Assembly (NCBI GenBank): GCA_973895155.1
Contig: OZ316894.1
Coordinates: 9,461,440-9,525,439 of the forward strand
Origin: Marsupella aquatica
Lineage: Eukaryota > Plantae > Marchantiophyta
Length of the DNA: 64,000 nt
Reading direction: 5' to 3'
The stretch's first letter is position 1, and every line of letters starts with the position of its first letter. The position numbers and the translations under genes were made by a program. This document shows positions 13,348 through 25,726 of this stretch, in pieces. The notes under the pieces are model-generated. The model was given only the letters and a program-made list of their open reading frames with translations. It did not search any database and had not been told where the DNA came from.

Positions 13348-16300
13348 TCAGATCAAATCAATTGTCTGCGGCGTAGGCACGTGTTCGACAAATTTGCTTA
13401 CAGGAGGGGCCAATTGAGGAGGAATATCCTCAATTATTCCCTTCCCGTCTGATGTGTCAAAGAAGAAGTAATTTCTCAACGGTTCTCCTTTGCATGACGA
13501 AGCTTTGATGATTTCCTGCATACACCAACATGCAAATAGTTACCAACTATAGCGCGCCTGTAAAATGTCTTGTTCACTCTGAATCGTTTGCACAAACAGC
13601 TTTCTCAGATGCATCAAAAAGCAACGACGATAAAAGAAAAGGGAATTTGTCAGTTCCACGCTATAAGATTGTTAGGACATGAATTATATTCAGAGATTTG
13701 CTACATCATCCTGCATAAAGTACATAATAGCTATGGAACTTTGGACTATTGCAACATTTCTCAAGTGATGTTCAGCAGAGGGATGCGATTTAAAAAACTC
13801 ACATGAAAGTCAGTCAAGAAGAGAGCTACGCTACAAATAAGTAATAGATGGGAGCCAAGTTTGGAGCAGATTTGACCAGTTTGTGCAGACTATAGGGCAA
13901 ACTTTTCCAGCAACGGGAAAAACCCACTAAGGAGACAGAAAGTATTTTGCAGTCTTCGCATCAAGTACCAGCAGCAGGAGGAACGCCTAGAAAGTACAGC
14001 TTATTTTGGTTTCAAGAGCAATTTATGACCTCGATGTATGTATCCACGAAAATCTAAGAGATTGTTAAATACCTGCCCCAAGATACCTCCCATGATGGCA
14101 GAGACTGGAGGAAATTCGGACATGCCAGCATCAGCTATTTTTTGCAACAGTTTCTCAATTGGCTTCGATAATGACGACCCCTGGGATACAAATGGCCAGT
14201 GTTGATTAGCATGTGGCCATACTTCATTACTCCCACCCAAAAAACAATTGTTGGCTCATACGTTTCAGTCAACTACGATTATGTCAATAATGTAACAAAC
14301 GAACTACCTCTATCATGACGAAAAATAGTATCGAAATGAATCAGAAAGCGGGTTGTGACCCAGAAAGGGCAGGTAAGTGCCAATGCCGATAGAACGTACC
14401 TGAGATTGAAGATATTCTCTGGCAAAATCTAACAAAATTGGCAACTCTTCAGATAAAATTGTCCCTGGTTGCCGCCTCTCCGTTAACTCAAACTGGTCAA
14501 TAACTGTTGATCATAGTATAATCGTCAAGTTTTGGGAGGAATCCACACGGTTGACAAGGCAATACGGCTTTCGAGACTTACGCGCATTCCATACTTCAAT
14601 TCCTTGTTGCAGAAGCACAACATTCAATGTGATGCGCATATGCTAGGCCAGATATAGCAACGTTCATCTGAGTTCATAGGCACAATGTGAGCACAGTCCA
14701 TACCAAACAAACATCAATGTCAATTTCGGTCAGGTACTTACTTCTGGTGGCAGAAAGCAGATTTGACGTCCTTCTTGGCAAGGAACCTAATTGGACAGAC
14801 AATGCCTCCTGCGTGTCATGCAAGAAAGAGAACAATGACGTAAGGAGTCTCGAAGACATCACAAAATGGACATTTGAATTTCTTGTATTTGACCGAAAGG
14901 CTCATAGCAGGGACCAAACAAGCAGCAGAAGCGACCCTTGGGGATGTCAGTAGACCAACGGAAAACAAAAGGGAGGTTTCACAAGTTCACCTGCAAGCTC
15001 GGAAACTTCTTTGTATCTTCAGTAGCTTCTGCACCTGCTTTTTTCTGTGGAAGAAAACCCGCGGCAATAAGGACCCTACATTGACGACAGAGAAAGGGCA
15101 TTTTCTTCGACAACTTTGACTAGACACGGTAGAAATTCACTATCAAAGAGATCACCTTCGAGGTGTATGTGATAGTCTGGAGGTCCACAAAAAAGCTCCC
15201 GCAAGAATACCTACAGTCAACTGCGTAAAAAGCCACTTTTTGAGGCCTTGAGCGGCACACTGCATTCACATGCTTCTGCAATGGACATGGACGGTTGTTA
15301 GTAGAAAAACTTCGAAGGACACCTCTACATGTTGAGCTAGTGGCTATGCATTGAAAACCTGACAAACAACAACCTTCTTGTAATGGAAGATTTCTGACTT
15401 TTTCAAGCACGTAACTGATCAAACGTGACATCGACGGGAGCTTTTTGCTTTAACTTAAATTATTACTCAAAGACTATGAACCCTAAACTCTCGATAAATG
15501 GGTTGCAAAGTTAGCATCAGTCAAATGTTCACATGGCAGCATTTAACCGCAACCCTACACTTCACAATAGAAGACACTAATCCGACAAATACCCAAGAAT
15601 TATATCGGATGATTGAATAGGGAAAGATCAAAGACATCACCTTAACGCTTAAAGATGCCTTATTCAAAATGACGACATCAAAATCATCAAAAAACTCCTC
15701 CGGTTTGAGACGTATTTGTCCTGAAAGGACAATATTTTTCAGCATGGAACAATGACAGAAACCTAAAAGCACAACTATGACTTGATTTCCCAAATCGATG
15801 TGAGTATGTTCTCATGAAGCGGCATAGAAATATCCAACGAGTTTAGAGCTCGACATTTGCATTACCGTGATTTGGTCCAGCAACATCCTGAACTGACAGA
15901 TTGCTACAGTTTAAATTATGCTGACATCAAAGAGGTCTCTGATACCTTTCTGGATGCCGACATTGACCATAGGGTTGTATTCTCTTAAAGACGTCGCGCA
16001 GACTGTGGAAATTGAATTCCGATCACTACCAATGTCCTCAGGATAAACCAAAAAGTTCGTAGACGCTGCTTCTGCAGTGACTAATCTATCGTCAAGCAGA
16101 GTCAAGCTCCCAATTCCCGCCAAAACTATGTTTTTGCATGTCTGCGGAAGATAGGAAAGGGTAAGAACGAAATTGAAATAGGCTGCACGGTCAAAAACAT
16201 TTAATAAGCTGTTGTGGTAACTAGAGATACTACGTGTTGGGAAAGAAAGAAAGTAACGAACACGAGGTTTGGCATCGTCAACAAATGCAGTGCAGAACGT

Positions 16301-16899
16301 AGATTTTCGATTACTAAAAGAACAACTGCCTGTACATACCTCAGCAATCACCCCACTCATTCCAACGACCAGAACACGAGCTTTACTCAACCTGCTCAAA
16401 ATCACACAACTCAAAATCAACTAAGTCCAAACAGCGCATAGTTCCATAAGCTCGTCTTCAACCCAGTTGAAAGTTCTTTCTTTCAACTATTTCAAATTGG
16501 GAATTGACTGGAGGAAACCGATGTCACAAAACCCTATGACGTTATCCCCAGAGAACGGGAAGCTCAAATGCGTCTCAGACCAATGGGACAACGAGAACAC
16601 GATCACCGAAATGTGGAAGACAAACCAGACCTTCTCTGGGCCTCAACACCCCACACTCGAATTTGACGGTCATATATTGCAGCCTCCTGCTCTGTGAGAA
16701 CCGCAACCCCTCCAGCCTTCTCCGCCGGCGAATCGGACTCCGACTCCCTCGTCCGTTTCCTGCTCACCCCATCATCCGAGTGGTTTCCTGTTCCGTTCAC
16801 TTCTACAACCTCCTCCGCCTCCCTCTCTCGTTTCCTGCTCCCGTCGCCCCCATCATTGGCAGCTGCAGCCGCTGCTGCAGCGTTCTCTGTATCCGCCAT
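13348..16899 (-). CDS. SAE1: SUMO-activating enzyme subunit 1 (SAE1/Aos1), ~10 exons: ~16899-16631, 16391-16340, 16141-15946, 15720-15641, 15275-15156, 15044-14991, 14807-14741, 14503-14400, 14181-14072, 13516-13348
   Basis: LTEQEAAIYDRQIRVWGVEAQRR, ARVLVVGMSGVIAE, CKNIVLAGIGSLTLLD, LREYNPMV, EFPPVSAIMGGILGQEIIKASSCKGEPLRNYFFFDTSDGKG; GT-AG junctions give a continuous frame. Confidence 0.93.
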
Positions 16900-17460
16900 G
16901 TTCGCTCCCTTCGCCGACCTCTGCTCCTCTACAATACCGTAATCAATTGCCCACGAAACACGAGCGAGGTGGACATTCCAAGCAACCGAAGGAAACACAG
17001 TTTACGACATCAAAAGCAACACCATTTCGTTCGAGGAATGTTTCTTTCTTCCGGAGTATTATTTCGAGGGCGTCATCATTCTTCAGCTGGGACCGTTGAC
17101 GCGACCAACACAGATTGGGGACAGTGTGAGTGTATCGATGCCCGATCGAAATGTCCGATTTCTTGGTGCTTTCCCACAATTTTGTACACTGGACCGATTT
17201 GCAGGAGTTGGACCCTCTCAAGTGCAAGGGCGGTCATTAGTGTGGGTACCCTTTATTTGACCACAATAAATCTTCCATAGTTAGAATTAGCATAAAAAGG
17301 GGGTCTCAAATCTCTTAGTTCTGCTTTGGGTTGCTGTCAAGGGAGTTTTCTCGGAAAAAAAGTGGCCTACACAAGAATGCTTCTCCACACACTCCTGACC
17401 AGACCAAAACTGCTACTTTTGGACAGTTGTTGTTCTGGGAATTTCAAGGTTTGAGACACC

Positions 17461-17637
17461 TGCCTAGAGAGGTATGACTTTGTGGTAGCTCACTTGAATG
17501 AGTAGAGACTGATAAGTCTTGGGTTCAACTATTGTGGGCTGGCTCTTCCTTATTATTGTGGCTTACTCTTCCCTTTCTGTGGGGTTTCACAGATTTCCCT
17601 TAAAATAAAATAAAAAATAAAATAAAATAAAAAATAA
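17461..17637 (+). mobile_element. SINE-like retroposon, probably tRNA-derived
   Basis: 15-bp TSD AAGGTTTGAGACACC at 17446-17460 and 17638-17652; (AAAAT)n tail at ~17602-17637; degenerate B-box-like GGGTTCAACT at 17521. Confidence 0.8.
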
Positions 17638-18699
17638 AAGGTTTGAGACACCCTAATAGATGTGAGGACTTTCAAACTCCTACCCGAGTTCAACTGTTTC
17701 CAGAGACTCCTCATGTGTTGTGTTGTTCACCTTACCCCCAGTTCCTATTTTCCACCTGCACCCCCTGCACCCCCAACTTCAGTTTCGCCCAGAGAGTCAC
17801 GGTTTAGAAGCTTCACTCTAGAGTGTAAGCCCTGAAGAGTAGGTTCACATTGCAACCGGGATTGTGACTATAAAGTTAGACGAGGTCTTTGGGGCTCTAC
17901 AACATACCTTTGACCATTTGTGAGGGCACTAGCTTGCTTGCCCCAGCTTTGCTCAGGTTTGTGTTTGCCTTTGACATGTTGCCTCACCCCAAAACTTGCT
18001 GCCTCCCAAAGTCACATTCTCAAGGCTTCACTCTAGACACAGGATCTTCAGAGGGCTGACGCTGTTGCTTTTAGGGCCTCTTAGCATCTACACCCTCCTA
18101 TGCAATTTCCGCTATGCTTTATGGTGCTGTTCAGGTGGCTGCTCAGTAAGGCTTTAATTCCTTTGCCGTTGTGGGGGACTTTTGAGCATTTTGGCTCTTC
18201 AGTCGTCCTGGGGTTCTCCTCTTGGTTGGGATCCTGTCGTGCACACAAGGACAACCCCTTGTGTAATGTTTTTGTATATTTTAATATCAAGTGCCTTGTG
18301 ACACAATGCACATTGAACCCAAGACAATTTGGACCAAAAACCCATTGCGCGAGAGGCACTGACAGGAATTGAACTTGAGACCAGTTTATCACAAGCAAGT
18401 GAGCTGAGGACAAGGCAAAGGACAGGTGGTTTGAATCTTCTATACCTGTTACTTTGTGCAGCCAACCTTTTGGGAAGGGGAAATGTCTTATTTTACTAAA
18501 TAGCTCATGTCCAGAGACCAGACCAGAAGCTTGGACCACCTCAAAGCTTGAGGTGGTCCAATTTATTCTGCAAAAGCTCTTGCCACCTAAGCAAACAATG
18601 GACCCCACTCTGTGTTTTTTTGTAGCTATCTTTGCAATTAACTTTGGAGACTTGCTTCTTGACCTTATCGGCTGACGTTTTGGCTATGGGTAATGTTGG

Positions 18700-19960
18700 T
18701 GAGTGGTGGTCAAATTATACCCTTTTCAAGTCAAGTTCATTTTGGGCTAGTTGGGTCCTTGTGGATTGACAGGTTATTGTTTGCATTGTAAGGTATCAAA
18801 GCTTCTTGAACTCTTGATGAATTCCATCAATTGCATTCCGATTTATTGTGCCACTTCTTGACTCTAAAGCTTCTCTACCCAAGTTAAATGGTGCTCTCCT
18901 CATATAAATTATATTATTATATATCAAACCTTGCATCTACCTTGCTTATTACCGGTAATCAACACTAGCCTCAATTCCTGAGCTTTGATCATAAGTAGAT
19001 GCTGAGTACTATCTGCCTGTCTCCAGTTCCACCACCAACCATATATAGTTGTGCCCCCAGGGTCACTGAGGGCTTCACCTTAGACTGTAGGCTCTTATTC
19101 TAGCTTTTGATAGCCCTTAATTAAATGGATGTAGTGAGGAAACGTTGGGATCACTAGGAAACACAGGCAAGATCATCAAAATATTGCAGCAAGGGGAATT
19201 TTTCTTCCAGCTTGCACCAGTAGGCCTATGGACTTATTCTTTGTACAGGTCACTTTATGTATATTGCAAGTTTTGCAATCAGGCTCATCATAGGAATCCC
19301 CACTAAAATTTGACTTGGTAGGCTAAGCCATGTACATCTTAGCTAATAATTGCACACCTATTAGAGATCATTGTTGGCATTTGATGGCCAGAAAGCATGG
19401 AAAAAGACTCCCAAGTCAAAAATTAACAGAGTTGGCGGCAATATCCTTCCAATTACTTATTGAAACCCAACACTCATCATAGCTGATGTCAGATGCTTCC
19501 AATTGCTTTCAAGATTGAAATGAACATGGCAGGTTTCTATGGCATAAATCATTTTCAGAAAAAGATCATCTAATCCTAGAGTACACTAGATCAAGTAAAA
19601 TGTCAACTAATTATTGGGAAATTCTATTTTCAAAACGATACAATGATTAGCATAGAGGGTTCTATCAATTATTCATAAGGCAGAGTTGCATTCGTTATTT
19701 ATTACAAGAAATTTGCCATAAGGGAAAAACTTGATGGAAAAAGGGTCTTCCATGCATTTAGTAACAGGGTTCCTACCAAAAGAAAGGAAGCCTTTCTGCA
19801 CCCTTGTGATATACTCCCGTGAAAGCATGAGCAAAGCTGAAGGTGATCTTTTAGACGAATGGGAATTGCCATTGTGGACCATTTCCTAGCACGAATTGTG
19901 TTTTGATGTCCAAATAATAAACATCTGTAGGTCAGGTAATGGGAGGGAGAAAGAAACAAT
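18700..19960 (-). mobile_element. Highly decayed reverse-transcriptase remnant, possibly Penelope-like
   Basis: Minus-strand motifs in RT order but different frames: IFD/GSLFP (~19410), QILVGIPM..LIAKL (~19290) and QYFDDL (~19175). No intact ORF. Confidence 0.4.
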
Positions 19961-20171
19961 CAATAGGTGAATCGTGAAAAGTCACTTCAAATGTACAACG
20001 AATTGTGGAAAATTGAATGAATTCATGTGTACAGTGAATTGTGAAAAAATAATCTTGCTAGTCCTCTAAAGAAACTTTGGTGATATTTGAAAGTGCTACA
20101 ATATTTATGAGAGATCAAAAGAGAGATTCAATTTTGGGAAAGGTTAACTTGTACGTGTTGTTCTTCTCAAA

Positions 20172-21944
20172 TTAATCTCCTTTTTGAATCTCTGTCAATG
20201 CCAGAGCCAATTGCTCAATGGCTCTTGTGTTCTGTTGAGATGCTGCAACCAACGACTCCAAAGATGTTCGAAGGTGCACCAAAGCTGCAGAGGAAGCTTC
20301 CTTTTGCACGACTGGTGCTACAATTTCCCTTTCGATTGCGAGAGAAGAGACCTCGCTTTCCACTTCATGATTTCTTTGCTGTGCCACTGGCGTGCTGCTG
20401 GCCTTTAAAATTCCAACAGGTCGCCCTTGGTCAACACTGGTGGTACGTGGATAGGCTGGCAATGTTAGAGATGCCATCCTGGGCAAATCCATCGTTTCAC
20501 CGAATGTTGTTTGAGGGGGCTTCAGAACATAGCTTTTCTCTGTGGGTAAGAGAAATTGCACCTTGAATTGTCTGAAACCCAGTTCGTCAACAACACTTAG
20601 AATGTTGAACCTCCACTCACGCCCTTGTAAGCCCTGGAAAACTTCTTCCTTCTGAGTGGTGGTCATCGCATCAAACTCCTCGGGTGGGACAGCAAGTAAG
20701 TGCACCGCAGGGGCCCATATGAGGGCCTCAAGCTCACCGCTTTTGTCCACCAATCTTATGGAGAACCTATAGCACATGATTCCGTCTTCAAGAGAAGAAC
20801 ATTTCCCATCATGCCTGTACCCGTGATTCAAGCATTCATCCGGAAAAGTGTCATACATGCTCACCTTCTTCCTGCACAACCAATTCTGGCTCGATGAAGG
20901 TCCATACACAGCCTTCGAACATCCTATGTACGTGTACGACCCTCCTGTGCTGTATATACTTCCCACAGAAGCGCATACCCACTCGTCCAATTGCCCACTA
21001 CACAATTGGGCCACCTTTTTGTGTAAGACGCCAAGGTTGACGCCGCCCATCTGGGCCACTGCAAACAATTTACCCAAGTAATCCACGGGGAAAAAATTAT
21101 GAGATGCTAGAACGTTAAGACCCTTCTTGGAACGTGACTTATAAATTACAAAGTTGCACGGCTGACTGATTGTGCAATCCTATACAATCATTAAAAGTAG
21201 TGCATGGATCATGTTGATGTCTTCACAACACCACAATCAACAGATCTTAGTCTGCAGCCAAGAATTCATGAAGCATTCACAACCGATTTTGCTTTGGATC
21301 AGCGTTTCACAAGACGAAGAAATTCAGGATCCAAGTCAATCAAAATTCTATCAGGGATGTCAATTTTGAGTGACCTACACGGAACTCTAGAATAGAGTAG
21401 AACGAGCAAATCAAATACATAAGCCCTTTAGTTTGCGTACCGTATCTTGACTGTCTGTCAAATGCCTTCAGTGAGAGATTCCAAAACTACAATCCAGAGG
21501 CCATATCACAGTTGGTACCCAACGTCACACGTAGGCTCTGGAATTGTAGATTTGGTCATGCCGCTGAGTTTGCAACACAACTCTGCTCAACAGAGGGAAT
21601 TTGCATCCAAACATACTTCTGTTAGAACTTTCCGTGCGTTGAGACCCTTTTTCTAACCATAGAGTCCTTAAAAATTCAGGCAAAAGTAAATTAGGAACGT
21701 AAACGCCACTGGCTTAACCGGAAATGGTCATCGTGTTGAGAACGGTGGTTGAAGTTGGAAACAAATGAGAGACGAACTCTCCGTGAAGAAAGCCGATGGT
21801 GAATGCTCTTATATGATCGGTGCTCACCAGGATCTGACAATGAAATCCCCCTGAATATGCCCCGGCACGACCACCAACACGTACGTCCGAGATGCACTCC
21901 CATTTTTCGAATCCTGACACTAACGTGCCACCTCGCGATGGCAA
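20172..21944 (-). pseudogene. RPA70-like OB-fold (Rep_fac-A_C-like) gene remnant, possibly Helitron-associated
   Basis: The open last exon (~21180-20172) has YTYIGC..V.....WLC and CYRFSIRLVDKSGELEALIW...LLAVPPEEF, resembling the RPA1 C-terminal OB fold, followed by a coiled-coil tail. A putative upstream exon (~21440-21667) carries in-frame TAA/TGA/TAG. Confidence 0.55.
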
Positions 21945-22308
21945 AGAACAGTCTCCATGGTAGCGACGAAACTCTCAACCACCAGCTAACCAACTTCGAC
22001 AATGGAGTTCTAATTAGCTTTAAGTGAATTGCAGCAAGCGATGTATTCGGAGCTCATTACAACAACAAACATGGCCCTCGTCCAGTTCTGGAATTTGACA
22101 ATTGTAACCATAGTTTAGGAAGTTCATCTCGATAACCCAAGGGCGGTTTCTCAAATATCTCCAGAAGATCAGGGACGTTGGGATCGGGCCTTTGGTTTTA
22201 ACTCTAAAGTTCACGCTAGTATCAGAGCATCAACTTTCGGAGCTAACTAGCCTGAATGCGGTGCAAAGATGAGGGACATTGGGAATCGGGCCTTTGGTTT
22301 TAAGATTA

Positions 22309-22769
22309 CAGCTTTTTATCAACCTGTCCCCCTAACTTGTTGAAATTCCTAAGCTATCCCCCAAATGATTTTATTTACTTAAGTTCACGCTAGGATCAGA
22401 GCATCAACTTTCGGAGCTAACTAGCCAGAATGCGGTGCAACGATGAGGGACATTGGGAATCGGGCCTTTGGTTTTAAGACCGCTCCCCCTAAGCCCTCGT
22501 GAAACCCGGACCTCAGCTCCCCCTAAAACCTCCCTAAGCCCTGACCTCCCATCGCAGCCCGAGTACACAGGAGAACGCAGCATTGAGCCCCGTTTTTACA
22601 AAGGAAAAAAAGTTCAGGCCAATGACACCTTGCCACCTGGCATCCAGAACCCCAAAATGAGAGAATACTATTCCATATACGGAATGGGGGGCAGGGAAGT
22701 AAATAAAATGGTTTGGGGGACAGCTTACAAATTTCAACAAGTTAGGGGGACAGGTTGATAAAAAGCTGC
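22309..22769. mobile_element. MULE-type MITE with ~70-bp TIRs and 9-bp TSD
   Basis: CAGCTTTTTATCAACCTGTCCCCCTAACTTGTTGAAATT pairs with AATTTCAACAAGTTAGGGGGACAGGTTGATAAAAAGCTG; TSD TTAAGATTA at 22300-22308 and 22770-22778. Confidence 0.85.
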
Positions 22770-22800
22770 TTAAGATTATCAGTTCACGCTAGTGTGAGAG

Positions 22801-22979
22801 GACGTATTTGCTTGATCAACCCCCAAAATGAAAGTTGTTACTTGATCGACAACCTGAGGTCTATCAACGGTCCAGATCTGAGATCAAAAGGTCCATCAAT
22901 GGCCCAGATTGGAGAAAAGTATCGTGGGGGTTGATTATGCAAACTTTTTCCAGAATGGGGTCTATTAAACATATCTCTC
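22801..22979. mobile_element. ~180-bp MITE with 9-bp TSD; second copy at ~27063-27240
   Basis: TSD GTGTGAGAG at 22792-22800 and 22980-22988; near-identical body at 27063-27240; internal inverted pair TTTGCTTGATCAACCCCC / GGGGGTTGATTATGCAAA. Confidence 0.75.
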
Positions 22980-23210
22980 GTGTGAGAGCATCAATTTTTG
23001 TACCTCAATCATAGCCTGAATGCAGTGCGGTGCCTATGGAGGCCTGGCCAAGCTAGTATATAGTCAATGACGTTAATACCCAAAATTGGGTTTAAGGGTC
23101 AATGAATTCTAAAACCCCAAATTTAGCCCATCATTTGGATTACTAGGAATTAGCAGGGCATTACAAGAACTACTGTAGGGCCAGGAGTTCTATGTGTGAG
23201 ATGGAATCCT

Positions 23211-23400
23211 AACCATTCAAATGTGGGATAGTCTAGACTTTACCATTGGATATGCTCTCACAGGAATAGTCTAGACCCTACCATTGGAGATGCTCTTGCA
23301 AGAAGAGTCTAAATAACCAAACCCTACCGCTGGAGCTGCTCTCACAAGCTTGCATAATCTAAATATTAAAACCCTACAGCTGGAGGTGCTCTCACAAGCA
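23211..23400. repeat. Degenerate 38-50-bp tandem repeat
   Basis: About 4-5 copies of ACCATTGGA.ATGCTCTCACA.G..TAGTCTA. Confidence 0.7.
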
Positions 23401-25726
23401 GAGTCAAAATCAAAATTTGTCCTTAATTACAAGCTAGGTTTAGCTTCACTTTAAAGAATAAGCCATGGACATAAATTTTGACCTATGGCGTCACACTGTG
23501 GAGTAAGTCATGAGCAATAGACTTTCTCTCTATGATTACGGTATAGATAATTAGATGGGAGCATTCCCACTGCAGTGCTATATTTGACTTGATAAACAGA
23601 TCAATAGCAGTTCAGTGGAGGACATGTACCCTCTTGGCCTTAACAAGAACCCCATCCAATCCGCTACCTAAACCTTAAAACACTGCCATTTTCATATGCA
23701 CCATGGCTGTCCATGGGGGTCCAGATTGATGCATCTAGACCATTCCTACTGTTTGGCAAGGTATGGCACCAGGCACTATCGCACGCTCAAACCACCTTGA
23801 TGCGTCCGATTTGATTTCTGGTGAGCTGAGAGGGTGGTGTAAAGGGCACGGCCCGGTGGGGATACAAAAAAGGGCCACCCGTGGGACTCATTTATTTTTT
23901 TTCATTTTTGAGATGCCCTAGTGTCCTTCCAGCAAAACTCCCTCTGCAGCTGGGCATTTACCACAACTGGTCGGACTCACTGCTCTCAGGCCATCTTGGT
24001 TACAAGGAGGCTGAAGCATCTAGGGTACCAATGGGTGGAGGACTTAAGAAGAACTCATACAAAGATATATGGATTTTCTTATGGCAATTTTTCAACAAAT
24101 TCTTATCCAAAGTCATCTTTTGCTATTTTAAGGAAGGGGAGTTAGGGGACATTGTTCATTTTAATTCACCAAAACATAATGTAACAAACCAAGAGGAAAG
24201 TACAGTGAGAGTACTATCAAAATGTTTGGGTTGTGTCTAATGAGGTTTTGTGAGTCCATGCCATCTGAGCACCTTGTCAAGCCTTTTTGTCTCTCCGTGC
24301 TTTTCTTTCCAACCATTTGTGATCAAAAGGATTTCTTTGTTCATGAAATTTCAAATCTATGACACCAGACACATCCGCTAGTAGATAACAATCAAACTCA
24401 CAAAAACAACAATAAAAACTGGTGACAAGGAGATGGTTTCTCGCTCATTAGTTGAACTAGTAGTACAGGGTACCATTTTTTGGTTCATTGGACTTCTTTA
24501 TTTGCTTAAGTAACTATCTGAAATAAGGATAAACTGAAGCTCCCATAGACCACGACACTTGACAAGATGCTTGGATAGAACATTGCAAACCACTGGGCTG
24601 CTTTATGACATTGTGTTTTACTCATGACTTTTCTATTGTAGCAAAGATACCTTTCTGGGTTGTAAAAAATAATGCTTGGCCTATTGCAGGACTGATGTCA
24701 AACACTGTGGTCCATCCCAGCACCAACTTCAATATACGCTATGGAAATTGTATCTTGAAAGGATGTCTTTTCTTCTGAAGTCAGATATTTGTCCTCATCT
24801 TTACAACTTTACTCTTTGTCTAGACAAGGGGCAATCATGTGACAAACTTGTAAAATGCATGAAACTGAATTTTCAGTTCCCATCAGCACACCTTGTGCAC
24901 CTCAACTCACTGGGACATGTCAGATACGTTTGGAACACGACCTCCTCATTCTATGCAACCACAGCAATTACCAGTTTGTAATAATAAGGCACCGCCCTGA
25001 AAGACAACCTACCATACTAGCTTGGGATTGAAGGTTGGACTTCATTACTTTCCAAGTTAGCTTCTCTACCCGGGGGGGGGGGGGGGAAGGTTTAATGTAT
25101 TTTACCAAAGTGGCACCTTGGTTGGGGGCCCTTAATTGAGAAAAGCTAGTTTTACTTGCTTCCAGACTTTTGCAGGTTACGATTAAAAATTCTCTGGGAT
25201 TTTGTTCATACGCAGCCAAAACACATGGCCACCTTTCTGTTGCTGCCACTTTTGACCAATAATTAAGACCGTTTTGGGGTACTTCGCCTCATATATTGTT
25301 TTCAGGTGTATCTGGGATTTAATTTCTTCAGTATTTCTGGAAACTTCCTGCTTGTTTTTTCAGCCCACTATTTTTGGCACGTCACATTTTCTAGTTTGGC
25401 ACAAAAATTTATTATTCTAATATTCTTTGAGTGAACCTAACCACTATGGTAATTAATTTTACTGAGAAAAAATAGTAGGCAGGCCACTATGTTGATAGGA
25501 CTGTAGAATCCCCCCAATTCTCTCTAATGATTCCCAACATTCCACTGATTAGGGCACAGCTGGTGAGACTGGCCCAGATCTTAGGAGGTATACAGGTATT
25601 TGGGCTAGTGTATCTTCATTGCCAATAATGTTGACGACCCATGAATCATGCCAGGAGGACGAGGAGGAGATTTCACCCTCAAGCACAAAACCCATAATTC
25701 CATGCAAGCCGCCCCAAGCTACCCGG

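Noticed and set aside
17780-18060. Hammerhead ribozyme near the Penelope-like remnant
   Set aside because: CTGAAGA is present, but no correctly placed GAAA with paired stems.
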